Positions 1-9,615 are shown, counted from the first letter of the stretch. The stretch is 64,000 nucleotides of DNA from a virus (IMGVR_UViG_2876118799_000002:4755-68754), one strand, 5' to 3'. Notes: a model not told the origin generated them from the sequence alone. Numbers and translations are program-made.

Positions 1-79
1 TTTGTACATATTTTTTCTAGTGTAATAATTTGGTAAGATTTTGTAAGTATACTAATCCCATAAGAAAGGGGGAAACCGT

Positions 80-1114
80 ATGAATATTACATTCTGGGTA
101 ACCGAAAGATGCAATTTAGCTTGTAAATACTGCTATGTACATAAGCAGCCTAAAACAATGACATTGGAAACCGCAGAACAGACAATCAAATATTTTACTA
201 ATAAATTTGATGAAACTGTTGCAGCAGGAAAACGGATTAATGTAGCTTTACATGGTGGTGAGCCATTACTGAATTTTGATGTTATTCGGTATATTGTAGA
301 AACCTTAAAAGAGCGATATGATGGTCATATCATTTTTACAATGACAACAAATGGAACAGTGTTTGAAAAGGATATTTACGATTTTATAAAGGGTAAGGTA
401 CAGATTTCTGTAAGCATTGATGGAAATAGGAAAACAAATGATACAAACCGTATTTATCCAAATGGTGAATCTTCCTTTGATAAAGTAGTGAAAACCTTAA
501 AGTTTTTAAAAGAGCAAGGTGAATACATCCGGGTCAGAATGACTGTCAATAAGGAAACCCTTCCGGCTATGGCTGAAAATTATATTTATCTGGATCAGAT
601 GAATATGGGAGTAGTAACTTTTGCATTAGATGCCGGAGCTGCATGGAACCAACAAGATATGCAGATATATTATGAAAACTACGAAAAAATCATGGATTAC
701 ATGATAGAAAAAGATAAAAAAGCAGCGCAGTATTTATTATTTAATATTAAAGAGGCAACCTTCAGAAGACGTACTGGCTGTGACGGTGGAACAAATACAT
801 TCCATATATCTGCGGATGGTGGAATTTACCCATGCGCATTAGCTGCTGATAAAGTGGATTATTGGCTAGGAGATGTTTGGAAAGGATTACAGCCGGAAAA
901 ATTAGAGGCTCTCCATAAGATTAACGAAATTCCAGTGACAGGGTGCGGAGATTGTACATTTAAGCAGAATTGTTCCAGCCAGGTATGTAAACTGATTAAT
1001 AAAGCATATACCGGAGATTACTACACTGTTTCTGCTTTCCAGTGCAATGAAAGAGATATTGTTTATCGGATTTATAAAAAGTATAAATATATATTGGAGG
1101 GATTCCATGTATAG
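80..1114 (+). CDS. Radical SAM/SPASM peptide maturase 1 (no N-terminal extension)
   Basis: CNLACKYC (CxxxCxxC), GGEP motif, SPASM-type Cys pattern (GCDGG...IYPC...CGDC...C...C...C); RBS aaggggg upstream. Confidence 0.9.
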   Translation: MNITFWVTERCNLACKYCYVHKQPKTMTLETAEQTIKYFTNKFDETVAAGKRINVALHGGEPLLNFDVIRYIVETLKERYDGHIIFTMTTNGTVFEKDIYDFIKGKVQISVSIDGNRKTNDTNRIYPNGESSFDKVVKTLKFLKEQGEYIRVRMTVNKETLPAMAENYIYLDQMNMGVVTFALDAGAAWNQQDMQIYYENYEKIMDYMIEKDKKAAQYLLFNIKEATFRRRTGCDGGTNTFHISADGGIYPCALAADKVDYWLGDVWKGLQPEKLEALHKINEIPVTGCGDCTFKQNCSSQVCKLINKAYTGDYYTVSAFQCNERDIVYRIYKKYKYILEGFHV

Positions 1115-2150
1115 TCCTAAAGTGGCAGTTGTAGACTCCGGTGTAGATACACAAAATCAGGAAATCATGGAGCATGTAATTCAAGGATTTTCTTTTCAAA
1201 AGAGTGCAGAAGAAGATGGAGTTATTGAAGAGAAAAATTTTGATGATGTTTTTGGTCATGGAACCAACTGCATTGATTGTATCTTACAATTTGCAGAGCA
1301 GGCACAATTTTATCCTATAAAAATTGTAAATGAATTAGGAAAAACGACCAGTTCTTTACTGCTTGCTGCGCTGGAAAAGTGCAGGGAACTACCGGTAGAT
1401 CTTATCTGTTTAAGCCTTTCCGTAACACAAATGCTTAATTCTGCTATGGAAAAGGAATTGAGGGATATTTGTAATGACCTGGAAAAACAGGGAAAGATTA
1501 TCTGTGCTTCGGAATGTAATAATGCAAAGGATACCATACCGGCAATTTATAAAAGTGTGATTGGTGTTGGAGAATTATTACCAGATGCAAAGAAAAAAGT
1601 TCTTGTAGACAGGGCGGCAAGCGTTCAGGTTCTGGCGGATATTTCCCCGATATTTGTTGCAGGAAAATCCGGACGATATAATTTTTTTAAGGGAACTTCA
1701 AAGGGAAATGCTTATGTGGCAGGTATTCTGGCCAGAGCTATGCAAACAGCACCGAATATAAAAAGCATACAGGAGGCATTAAACATACTGGAAAAGACAG
1801 ATGATCCTTTAGAAGAAATTGATTTAGAGTATGTAGGAAAGCTCCAGACTGATGAAGTGGGACAGATGATTTTGGAAAAAGTACATAGGAGATTGTTAGA
1901 GTTTGGCTGCACATCTTCCCTTGATGAAATCAGCAGGTATCCATTTCTTTCCCAAATTACAGGAGTGAATTTCTTTAATTTTTACGATTTTATCAGCGGG
2001 ATATATAGGGAATTAAAAATCACGAAGTTGGAGTATCATACCATAAAAGTAGGTGATGTTTGTACCTTGTATAATCTGGTTGAACATTTAAGAAGGAATG
2101 TGTGTTATGAAGAAAAAGAATGTTGTTTTGGAGCAGATACGAAAGTATAA
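1107..2150 (+). CDS. S8 subtilisin-like peptidase, no signal peptide, with about 85-aa C-terminal extension (possibly acyl-carrier-like)
   Basis: Catalytic motifs VVDSG, GHGT, GTS; ATG at 1107 with ggagg RBS at 1096-1100, overlapping the rSAM stop. Confidence 0.85.
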   Translation: MYSPKVAVVDSGVDTQNQEIMEHVIQGFSFQKSAEEDGVIEEKNFDDVFGHGTNCIDCILQFAEQAQFYPIKIVNELGKTTSSLLLAALEKCRELPVDLICLSLSVTQMLNSAMEKELRDICNDLEKQGKIICASECNNAKDTIPAIYKSVIGVGELLPDAKKKVLVDRAASVQVLADISPIFVAGKSGRYNFFKGTSKGNAYVAGILARAMQTAPNIKSIQEALNILEKTDDPLEEIDLEYVGKLQTDEVGQMILEKVHRRLLEFGCTSSLDEISRYPFLSQITGVNFFNFYDFISGIYRELKITKLEYHTIKVGDVCTLYNLVEHLRRNVCYEEKECCFGADTKV

Positions 2151-3048
2151 ATGGGGTTATCTGTTTGGGATTATATTGGTAGCTATGGACGCTATAGTGA
2201 CCTATATTTATCCTCAGTTAATTACCAATATTCTGGATAAGGCGGTTCCGGCAAAAAATCCAGGAGCTGTGATTTCCAATGTTGCATATATGGCTATATG
2301 CCAGCTTGTATCTATTACAGTAGCATTGGCATTGAGCTATCTGTTTTGCAAAATGTCAAATGGTTTTATTGTTAAAATCAAGTTATTGTTGATACAAGCA
2401 ATGTTTCAGGTTGATGGGAAGGAAATAGAGAAGAAATCAAATCTGTTTATGACCAGCATGAATGCAGATGTTAATAATATAGAGATGCTCTCTTCCCGTA
2501 TGCTTTCTGATTTGCTGATACAAATTGTGACTGTGATTATTACAGCGGTAATCCTGATACAGATTAATCCGGTTATCTTTTGGTTTATGCTTTTGATTTA
2601 TCCGATTCTTATTGCTATTCAGATTTTCTTCAACAAAAAAATCATGAGCCAGTCCAGAAAAGTAATGGGAAAAATGGATGTTGGAAATGGTCTGATTAAG
2701 GAGTTTGTAAGCAACCTTTATGAGTATCTGGCGTTAAATGGAAGAAATTACTATATAGACAAATTTTGCAGGAACGAAACTTCTTTGCGAAATGAAATCC
2801 TAAAGCAAAATATGTTAATGGCCTATAACCGTTCAGTACCGCAGCTCATTAGTACCACTACTTTTTTGATTGTACTGGCAATCAGTGGTGTTATGGTGAT
2901 TAATGGACAGGTACAGTTTGGAGAGCTGACAGTGATTATTATGTACACACAAAGAATGTTTAATCCGCTGTCCTCAATCATGCTTGTAATTGGACAGTTC
3001 CAAAAGGCAAAAGTATCAATGGACCGAATTAATGAGATTGTGGGGTGA
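2107..3048 (+). CDS. ABC exporter transmembrane domain (stand-alone)
   Basis: About six hydrophobic segments, ABC_membrane-like end (FNPLSSI...KVSMDRINEI). Confidence 0.85.
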   Translation: MKKKNVVLEQIRKYKWGYLFGIILVAMDAIVTYIYPQLITNILDKAVPAKNPGAVISNVAYMAICQLVSITVALALSYLFCKMSNGFIVKIKLLLIQAMFQVDGKEIEKKSNLFMTSMNADVNNIEMLSSRMLSDLLIQIVTVIITAVILIQINPVIFWFMLLIYPILIAIQIFFNKKIMSQSRKVMGKMDVGNGLIKEFVSNLYEYLALNGRNYYIDKFCRNETSLRNEILKQNMLMAYNRSVPQLISTTTFLIVLAISGVMVINGQVQFGELTVIIMYTQRMFNPLSSIMLVIGQFQKAKVSMDRINEIVG

Positions 3049-3680
3049 AGCAAATGGATATATCAAAAATTGAAATAAAAGATGTAAATTTCAGTTATAA
3101 AGATGTAAAAGTATATAGAAAAAATTTGAATATGTATCTTGAGAAGGGCTCTATTTATCTGATTAAAGGGAAAAATGGTTCAGGAAAAAGTACACTGGCT
3201 GGTATCTTGTTAAAAATCTGGAATGACTTTTCAGGAACTATATTATTAGATGGGAAAAGCATTACTAATCTTTCCAGGGAAATACTTACAGAAACAATAG
3301 GAATTTGTTTTCAAAAGCCGCCGATTTTTCGTGACACTATAAGAAATAATATTGCTCTTAATGATTCTATTCCGGTAGAAAAATATATTTCTTTATTATC
3401 ATTTTATAAAGATTTGGAAGAAATGGGGCGTACATTAGAGTCGGAGCTTATTGATACTGGAAGCGTTTCAGGTGGGCAGGCACAGAAAATTGGTATTATC
3501 CGGACAGTATGTAGAGAACGTTCTGTATATATTTTTGATGAACCTACATCAAACCTGGATAGTGTTTCTAAAAAAGAATTTTATGATATTATAGAACACT
3601 TGAAACAGAATAGCATTGTTATTTTATTTTCGCATGAAGCGGATGCAGAAAAAAATGCAGACTTTATCATTGAGTTGTAA
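3045..3680 (+). CDS. ABC exporter ATP-binding subunit
   Basis: GKNGSGKST, SGGQ, IFDEPTS, H-loop SH; GTGA overlap with the TMD gene; ATG 3054 is an alternative start. Confidence 0.9.
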   Translation: MKQMDISKIEIKDVNFSYKDVKVYRKNLNMYLEKGSIYLIKGKNGSGKSTLAGILLKIWNDFSGTILLDGKSITNLSREILTETIGICFQKPPIFRDTIRNNIALNDSIPVEKYISLLSFYKDLEEMGRTLESELIDTGSVSGGQAQKIGIIRTVCRERSVYIFDEPTSNLDSVSKKEFYDIIEHLKQNSIVILFSHEADAEKNADFIIEL

Positions 3681-3695
3681 AGGAGGGAACCAGAT

Positions 3696-4901
3696 ATGTA
3701 TATGAGAAGTCCAAATGCAAAAGTTTTAGTACGTGAAGAAAGAGTTGTTTTGTGTAACACCAGAAACGGAGGATTTGTAAAAACCTCAGAGGCTTATTTT
3801 CAGTATCTTGAAAAATATCTGGAAGAGAACAATGGGGATTTTACCATTGAGGAAGAAGATACTGTGGTAAAGAAAAATGCCTATAAGTTATTTCAGAAAC
3901 TGTGCCGGATTCATTTTTATATTTCGCAAGAACAGATGAAAAATGAGATAACCTATCCGTATCAGATCGTATATCTTTCTTTGACCAATAGGTGTAATCT
4001 AAGATGTAAACATTGTGTGGCGTCTGCTTGTATAGAAGAAGTAGATCACATGAATACGGAAGACTGGAAAAAGGTGATTGTTCAGGTGTTGGTTTTAAAT
4101 CCAGAACAGATTAACCTGACAGGTGGGGAACCGTTAATCCGTCCTGATTTCTGCGAGATACTGGAATATTTAAGGGCAAATTATAAAGGTGCAATTACCT
4201 TGTCTACAAATGCGTTACTGCTGAATGACCGGCTTATGGAAATCATTAAAAAGAATGTTGATGGTGTTTCCGTCAGTCTTGATGGTTTTGATTCCTATAG
4301 CTGCACAAAAGTGCGAGGAGAAGGGATTTATGACCGGGTGATTGCTGGGATCAAAAAATTAAAAGAAGCTGGAATGGAAAAAGTATCTGTTTCCATGCTG
4401 GAAACAAAATATACCTATGGACATGATCAGGATTTTTATAAATTATGTGAAGAGTTAGATGTAAAACCATTGATCCGAAGATTTGCTCCTTCAGGAAGAG
4501 GAGAAGAGAACCAAAGAGAATTGCTTCCACCAATGGAATACATAGAAAAATTGGAAAAGCAGCATTTAAGATGTGCATTATGTCAGCCTGGTAAAAAGGA
4601 GTTAAATATCAGTGAAAACGGAGATGTATATCCTTGTGCTCCACTTAGCAATTTGGAAAATCTTTTTATGGGAAATCTGCTGGAAACACCAATTACAGAA
4701 ATTATTGAGAACCCGGCATGGAAAGAGGAATTGGAAAAGTTAAGACCTTGGAGAATGGAAAAATGTAAGGATTGTGATGTGAATCTGTTCTGTCATTCTT
4801 GTATCAATTTTACTCTGGGAATGCAGAGCGACGAGGAAATCTTCCAGAAGTTTTGTGAAAAACAAAAAGGACATTTAGAAAAATTATTATGGGGGAATTA
4901 G
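3696..4901 (+). CDS. Radical SAM/SPASM peptide maturase 2 with N-terminal extension (RRE-like)
   Basis: CNLRCKHC, TGGEP, SPASM Cys pattern (CQPG...VYPC...CKDC...FCHSC...C); about 90 aa precede the rSAM motif. Confidence 0.9.
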   Translation: MYMRSPNAKVLVREERVVLCNTRNGGFVKTSEAYFQYLEKYLEENNGDFTIEEEDTVVKKNAYKLFQKLCRIHFYISQEQMKNEITYPYQIVYLSLTNRCNLRCKHCVASACIEEVDHMNTEDWKKVIVQVLVLNPEQINLTGGEPLIRPDFCEILEYLRANYKGAITLSTNALLLNDRLMEIIKKNVDGVSVSLDGFDSYSCTKVRGEGIYDRVIAGIKKLKEAGMEKVSVSMLETKYTYGHDQDFYKLCEELDVKPLIRRFAPSGRGEENQRELLPPMEYIEKLEKQHLRCALCQPGKKELNISENGDVYPCAPLSNLENLFMGNLLETPITEIIENPAWKEELEKLRPWRMEKCKDCDVNLFCHSCINFTLGMQSDEEIFQKFCEKQKGHLEKLLWGN

Positions 4902-4903
4902 TT

Positions 4904-5605
4904 ATGAAGAATAGAAAAAGACTTTTAAAAACAGTAGGTTTATTAACAGCGGCTACAGTGATGACAGTATCTTTAAATGCAGAGAGTGTTCTTGCTTATT
5001 CAACAGGGGAAGAGGCTGCTATTGTGGCTTCTGAGGAAGATCCATACGATGTTACGAAAATCAATTTGAAGGATATGTTTAATCAGAACCAGGAGGATTA
5101 CTACGTTTATTTTTATATGGTTCAGTGCCCGTTTTGCAATCAGGTAAAAGATAAAATGCTGAATTTTGCGGCAGAAAATGATAATGTATATTTTGTAGAT
5201 TATGCTTTAAGAGAAAATCGTCCTTTACAAAAATATAACTGGACAGCAACACGCTCCAAATATAACAAAAAGATAGGATATGTGGACAGTGATGGAAACA
5301 AGGTATTTTTACCGGGCGAATCGGAAGAAAAATACCAAAATATGAAGAATGATTACGGAAAGCGAATGCGTTTTAATTTTGTGACCATTACCCCAGACGA
5401 TATTCCTGCTTTTCCTGGGTCACAGGTAGGAGATATTTATACAGATATTCAGACACCGGAAATTGACTATGCTTCTATTACAAATTATGAAGATATGCTG
5501 ATTGCAGGTGTTCCAGCATTATATCGAATTACGAATGGAAAAATTACAGAATTTTATTTTGACTCTGTAGAAATAGAGGAGTTTTTCAATAGCATAGGAA
5601 GGTGA
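4904..5605 (+). CDS. Secreted thioredoxin-like protein (CPFC)
   Basis: Basic N-terminus plus hydrophobic stretch ending VLA (signal peptide-like); YFYMVQCPFC; GVPAL cis-Pro-like motif. Confidence 0.7.
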   Translation: MKNRKRLLKTVGLLTAATVMTVSLNAESVLAYSTGEEAAIVASEEDPYDVTKINLKDMFNQNQEDYYVYFYMVQCPFCNQVKDKMLNFAAENDNVYFVDYALRENRPLQKYNWTATRSKYNKKIGYVDSDGNKVFLPGESEEKYQNMKNDYGKRMRFNFVTITPDDIPAFPGSQVGDIYTDIQTPEIDYASITNYEDMLIAGVPALYRITNGKITEFYFDSVEIEEFFNSIGR

Positions 5606-5690
5606 GATTATGGATATAAAGGAAATCTTAAACCCTATATGGTTATGGATTTATAAAAACTAAAAATTCTAGGATGGAGGAAGTAATAGC

Positions 5691-6359
5691 ATGACTATAC
5701 TTGAAACAAAGGAATTGAAAAAATATTATGATTCCGGTGAATATATTACAAAAGCTTTAGATGGGGTTTCTTTAGAGATAGAAGAAGGTGAATTTGTTGC
5801 TATTGTTGGCGCTTCAGGGAGTGGAAAATCTACATTATTAAATATGATTGGTGGATTAGACATACCAACTTCTGGGAGTGTTTTAGTAAAAGGCAAAAAA
5901 ATAGGACAATTAAATGAAGAAGAACTAACGGTTTTTCGCAGAAGGAACATTGGCTTTGTTTTTCAAAATTATAATTTAATTCCAACATTAAATGTTTATG
6001 AAAATATTGTCTTTCCAGTGGAATTAGACGGAAATGATATAGATAAAGATTTTTTGAACAAAATTGTTACAATTTTGGGCATTGATAAAAAATTGGAGAA
6101 TCTTCCTGGAAATCTATCAGGTGGGCAACAACAGAGGGTTGCAATTGCCAGAGCTTTGATTACAAAACCGGCTATCATCTTGGCTGACGAACCGACAGGA
6201 AATCTTGACACACAATCAAGTCTTGAAGTAATGGGCTTATTGAAACAAACAAGTCAGCGATTTTGTCAGACTATTGTTATGATTACGCATAATATGAATT
6301 TGGCTCAAATGGCGGATAGAATTATTAGAATTCAGGACGGGAAAATTATAGACGCATAA
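5691..6359 (+). CDS. ABC ATP-binding protein, LolD/MacB type
   Basis: [36 protein letters not shown]. Confidence 0.95.
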   Translation: MTILETKELKKYYDSGEYITKALDGVSLEIEEGEFVAIVGASGSGKSTLLNMIGGLDIPTSGSVLVKGKKIGQLNEEELTVFRRRNIGFVFQNYNLIPTLNVYENIVFPVELDGNDIDKDFLNKIVTILGIDKKLENLPGNLSGGQQQRVAIARALITKPAIILADEPTGNLDTQSSLEVMGLLKQTSQRFCQTIVMITHNMNLAQMADRIIRIQDGKIIDA

Positions 6360-8950
6360 TGGGAGGGAATGCGGTGTATTTGACTAGAATTAAAAAGTGT
6401 ATCTTTAATCTTGCAAAAAAGAATTTTGGAAAAAGTAAAACACGAAATATAATTACTATTTTGGCAATTATACTAACCACTATGCTATTTACTTCTATGT
6501 TAACAATCTGTACGGGAACATATCAATCAATACAGACTACTATGCAGATGCAAAAGGGAAGTAAAGCAGACGGAGATATAAGATATTTAACAAAAAATGA
6601 GTTTGAGCAGTTGCAGGAAAATAGCAACATAAAAGTTAGTGGTTGTCGAAGACCGATAGGATTTGCAAGTAATACAAAGAATCATAATGTTGAAATTGAT
6701 TATATGGATCAAATAGAGCAAGAATTAACTTTTAATAGGCCAACGCATGGGAAAGCACCGAAAAAGGCTAATGAAATTGCTACTACAGATAAAGCATTAG
6801 AAAGTTTAGGAGTAACACCCAAAGTAGGAGAAAAGGTCAGGATAGAATTTGATTTAAGAGAAGAGCATTATGTTTATGAAATGACAGTTTCCGGATGGTG
6901 GGAAGCTAGAAATTCACAAGTTAGTGTATTGCTAGTGTCAGAGGAGTTTATGAATAAAAATGAATCTTTGTTTCCCTATACATACGATGAGGACATGGAA
7001 TATGCTGGAACGTATTTCTCAGAGGTGATTTTTGAATCTAAAAAGAACGTGGAGCAACAAATAAATAAGATCATTGAAGGTTTTAACGAGCAAAAAGGAA
7101 AAGATGTTGTATCTGGTGCAGTGAATTCAATTACAAATCCACAATTGGATTTTTCTGTGATTGGCGCAGTGATTATCTTTATAGTTTTATTTATTTTGGC
7201 AGGCTACTTGCTTATTAATAATATTTATTCTATTTCAGCTATGCAGGATATAAAAAATTATGGACTACTTAAAACTATTGGTACGACACAATCTCAGATT
7301 GCATTACTTGTTAAAATCCAGACATTGTGGTTACTTGTGCTAGGAATACCAGTTGGTTTAGTTACAGGGTATTTTATCGGTAAATCTATTTTACCGTTTA
7401 CAGTGAATACTATTGCAAGTGAATATTTAAAAACAGAAATAGTAATAGCACCAAATCCGTTGATTTTTGTTGTGGCAACGATATTTACAATTGTAACGGT
7501 TAAAATAAGTATTGGTAAACCATTACGTACTATATCTAAAATTTCCCCATTGGTAGCTATAAAGGAAACGGGAATAAGAAAAAATAAGAAAAAGAAAAAA
7601 ACGCATAAATTTAGCATAATTAAAATGGCAAATGATAATTTTAGAAGAAACAAAAAAAGAAGTATTTTTATTGTTATATCTATTGCATTATGTTGTGTGT
7701 TTTTTAATTCAGTTTTTATTCTGGCAAATAGTATTAGTATAGAAAAAGGGGTTGGATTACAAAGTGCTGCGGATATTGAAATCGGAAGTGGTAATCTATT
7801 TAATAATTTAAAAGGTTATACACGACATAGTGATGGTTTAGAACCCCAAGTAATAGATAGCATTAAGGCAAACTTTAAAATTAATGCGGAAGGGATTATA
7901 TATAAAAATACATTAGATGATTTAAACGTTACATTTGATTATAATGCACCAATACAAGATGAAATTATATCTGAAAATGGAGTGAAGATGGTAGCTACAG
8001 AAAATGGGCGTGTAATACTGGGAAATAATAATTTTCCAATTTGTAATGTCTATGGAATAGATGAAAATGTTTACCAGAGAATGAATTTAGTAGACTCTAT
8101 TGCAGGTATAGAGCAGAATAGTATTTTTCATAAAATGGAGCAAGAGAATTTCTTGATAGAAGCATTGCCAGTTTCACGTACTTCAAAAGATACGAGAGAA
8201 TTTCAATGCAATTTAGGTGATAAAATAAAGGCTTTTGTTGATGGTGAGGAAAAACTTTATACGGTTATTGCACATGCGTATGTTAGCCCGACAGAATATG
8301 AGGCTCCTAATATGACGACAGGTATAAATATTGTTGGAGGAGATGCACCGATGTTCTACCTTTCCTCAAAATCATTTGTAGATTTATATCAAAATCCAAC
8401 AATCATGAATTATACATTCAATGTCGATGAAAAAAATATGAAACAAATTTCATCGGAGATTGAAGTATTCGTTGAAAATTTTGAAGGAAAAGTTGGATTT
8501 AATTCTGCTGAGTTGATAAAACAGGATATGGAAAGTATGAAAAATACAATTTATGCAGTGGGAATTGTTGTTAGTTGTATTATTGGAATTTCAGGTCTTA
8601 TCAATTTTTTGAATTTAACAATTGCAAATATTTTGAGTCGGAGAAGAGAATTTGCCATAATGGAAAGTGTGGGAATGAGCAAAAAACAGATTAAAGTTTT
8701 GATAACAGGAGAAAGTCTGCTATATTCTGTTTATGCAGCTCTTTTAGGCTTAGTGTGTTCGTTAGTATCGGGATTTTTATTGATTGGTCCGATTTGTAAA
8801 GATACATGGTTTATGCATTTTGATATGGTAATATGGCCAGCTATTCTTATAGGTGGAAATATTGTTATACTAACAATATTTTTACCTAAATTATTATATA
8901 AGGTATTTAGCAAAGGCAGTATTGTAGAAAAACTTAGAATTGAGGGATAG
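6359..8950 (+). CDS. FtsX/MacB-type ABC permease
   Basis: Two FtsX-like halves (YGLLKTIG; RRREFAIMESVGM) with large extracytoplasmic loops; GTG 6374 is an alternative start. Confidence 0.85.
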   Translation: MGGNAVYLTRIKKCIFNLAKKNFGKSKTRNIITILAIILTTMLFTSMLTICTGTYQSIQTTMQMQKGSKADGDIRYLTKNEFEQLQENSNIKVSGCRRPIGFASNTKNHNVEIDYMDQIEQELTFNRPTHGKAPKKANEIATTDKALESLGVTPKVGEKVRIEFDLREEHYVYEMTVSGWWEARNSQVSVLLVSEEFMNKNESLFPYTYDEDMEYAGTYFSEVIFESKKNVEQQINKIIEGFNEQKGKDVVSGAVNSITNPQLDFSVIGAVIIFIVLFILAGYLLINNIYSISAMQDIKNYGLLKTIGTTQSQIALLVKIQTLWLLVLGIPVGLVTGYFIGKSILPFTVNTIASEYLKTEIVIAPNPLIFVVATIFTIVTVKISIGKPLRTISKISPLVAIKETGIRKNKKKKKTHKFSIIKMANDNFRRNKKRSIFIVISIALCCVFFNSVFILANSISIEKGVGLQSAADIEIGSGNLFNNLKGYTRHSDGLEPQVIDSIKANFKINAEGIIYKNTLDDLNVTFDYNAPIQDEIISENGVKMVATENGRVILGNNNFPICNVYGIDENVYQRMNLVDSIAGIEQNSIFHKMEQENFLIEALPVSRTSKDTREFQCNLGDKIKAFVDGEEKLYTVIAHAYVSPTEYEAPNMTTGINIVGGDAPMFYLSSKSFVDLYQNPTIMNYTFNVDEKNMKQISSEIEVFVENFEGKVGFNSAELIKQDMESMKNTIYAVGIVVSCIIGISGLINFLNLTIANILSRRREFAIMESVGMSKKQIKVLITGESLLYSVYAALLGLVCSLVSGFLLIGPICKDTWFMHFDMVIWPAILIGGNIVILTIFLPKLLYKVFSKGSIVEKLRIEG

Positions 8951-9001
8951 GATATTTAAGTTTATTAAATATAAAATTACTTGGAAAGGAGGCGAAAGAG
9001 T

Positions 9002-9139
9002 ATGAGGATTTTAGAGCAAGTAATACAGGAAGAAACATTCGACATCGAAGTGCAGTATTGCGATCCAGACGAGTGCCTACATGATTGTATACACTCAGGA
9101 ACTAATAACTGCGATGCAATTATTACCGGTTGGAGGTAG
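9002..9139 (+). CDS. RiPP precursor A1, 45 aa: MRILEQVIQEETFDIEVQYCDPDECLHDCIHSGTNNCDAIITGWR
   Basis: Translated by hand; RBS aaaggagg upstream; acidic leader-like N-terminus and 4-Cys core; below the ORF-track length cut-off. Confidence 0.9.
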   Translation: MRILEQVIQEETFDIEVQYCDPDECLHDCIHSGTNNCDAIITGWR

Positions 9140-9151
9140 AAGGAGGCCATT

Positions 9152-9289
9152 ATGAAGGAAATGGAAAAAGTAGTACAGGAAGAAACATTTGAAATCGAAG
9201 TACAGTATTGTGATCCTAATGATTGTCTGCATGATTGCATACACTCAGGGGTCAATAACTGTGATGCAATTATTACCGGTTGGAGATAA
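9152..9289 (+). CDS. RiPP precursor A2, 45 aa: MKEMEKVVQEETFEIEVQYCDPNDCLHDCIHSGVNNCDAIITGWR
   Basis: Translated by hand; RBS aaggagg; paralog of A1. Confidence 0.9.
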   Translation: MKEMEKVVQEETFEIEVQYCDPNDCLHDCIHSGVNNCDAIITGWR

Positions 9290-9301
9290 AGGAGAGTCAT
9301 T

Positions 9302-9439
9302 ATGAAGGAATTAGAAAAAATGGTACAGGAAGAAACATTTGAAATTGAAGTACAGTATTGTGATCCTGATGATTGTCTGCATGATTGCATACACTCAGGG
9401 GTCAATAACTGTGATGCGATTATTACCGGTTGGAGATAG
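9302..9439 (+). CDS. RiPP precursor A3, 45 aa: MKELEKMVQEETFEIEVQYCDPDDCLHDCIHSGVNNCDAIITGWR
   Basis: Translated by hand; RBS aaaggag; paralog of A1/A2. Confidence 0.9.
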   Translation: MKELEKMVQEETFEIEVQYCDPDDCLHDCIHSGVNNCDAIITGWR

Positions 9440-9447
9440 GAGTTATT

Positions 9448-9585
9448 ATGGAGAAATTAAAAAGAACAGTACAGGAAGAAATATTTGAAATTGAAGTACA
9501 GTACTGTGATCCTGATGACTGTTTACACGATTGTATGGAGAGTGGATACAATAACTGTACAGCAGTAGTAACTAGCTGGTGGTAA
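9448..9585 (+). CDS. RiPP precursor A4 (divergent core), 45 aa: MEKLKRTVQEEIFEIEVQYCDPDDCLHDCMESGYNNCTAVVTSWW
   Basis: Translated by hand; RBS aggag; same Cys spacing as A1-A3. Confidence 0.88.
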   Translation: MEKLKRTVQEEIFEIEVQYCDPDDCLHDCMESGYNNCTAVVTSWW

Positions 9586-9615
9586 AACTTGCAAATACAG
9601 ACAAAGGCAGTTTAG

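Noticed and set aside
8977-9405. 142-aa repetitive minus-strand ORF in the track
   Set aside because: It is the antisense shadow of the four plus-strand precursor genes, which have RBSs and conserved frames.
9002-9585. 150-bp repeats as a CRISPR array or VNTR
   Set aside because: The whole unit is conserved and coding; there are no unique spacers and no cas genes.
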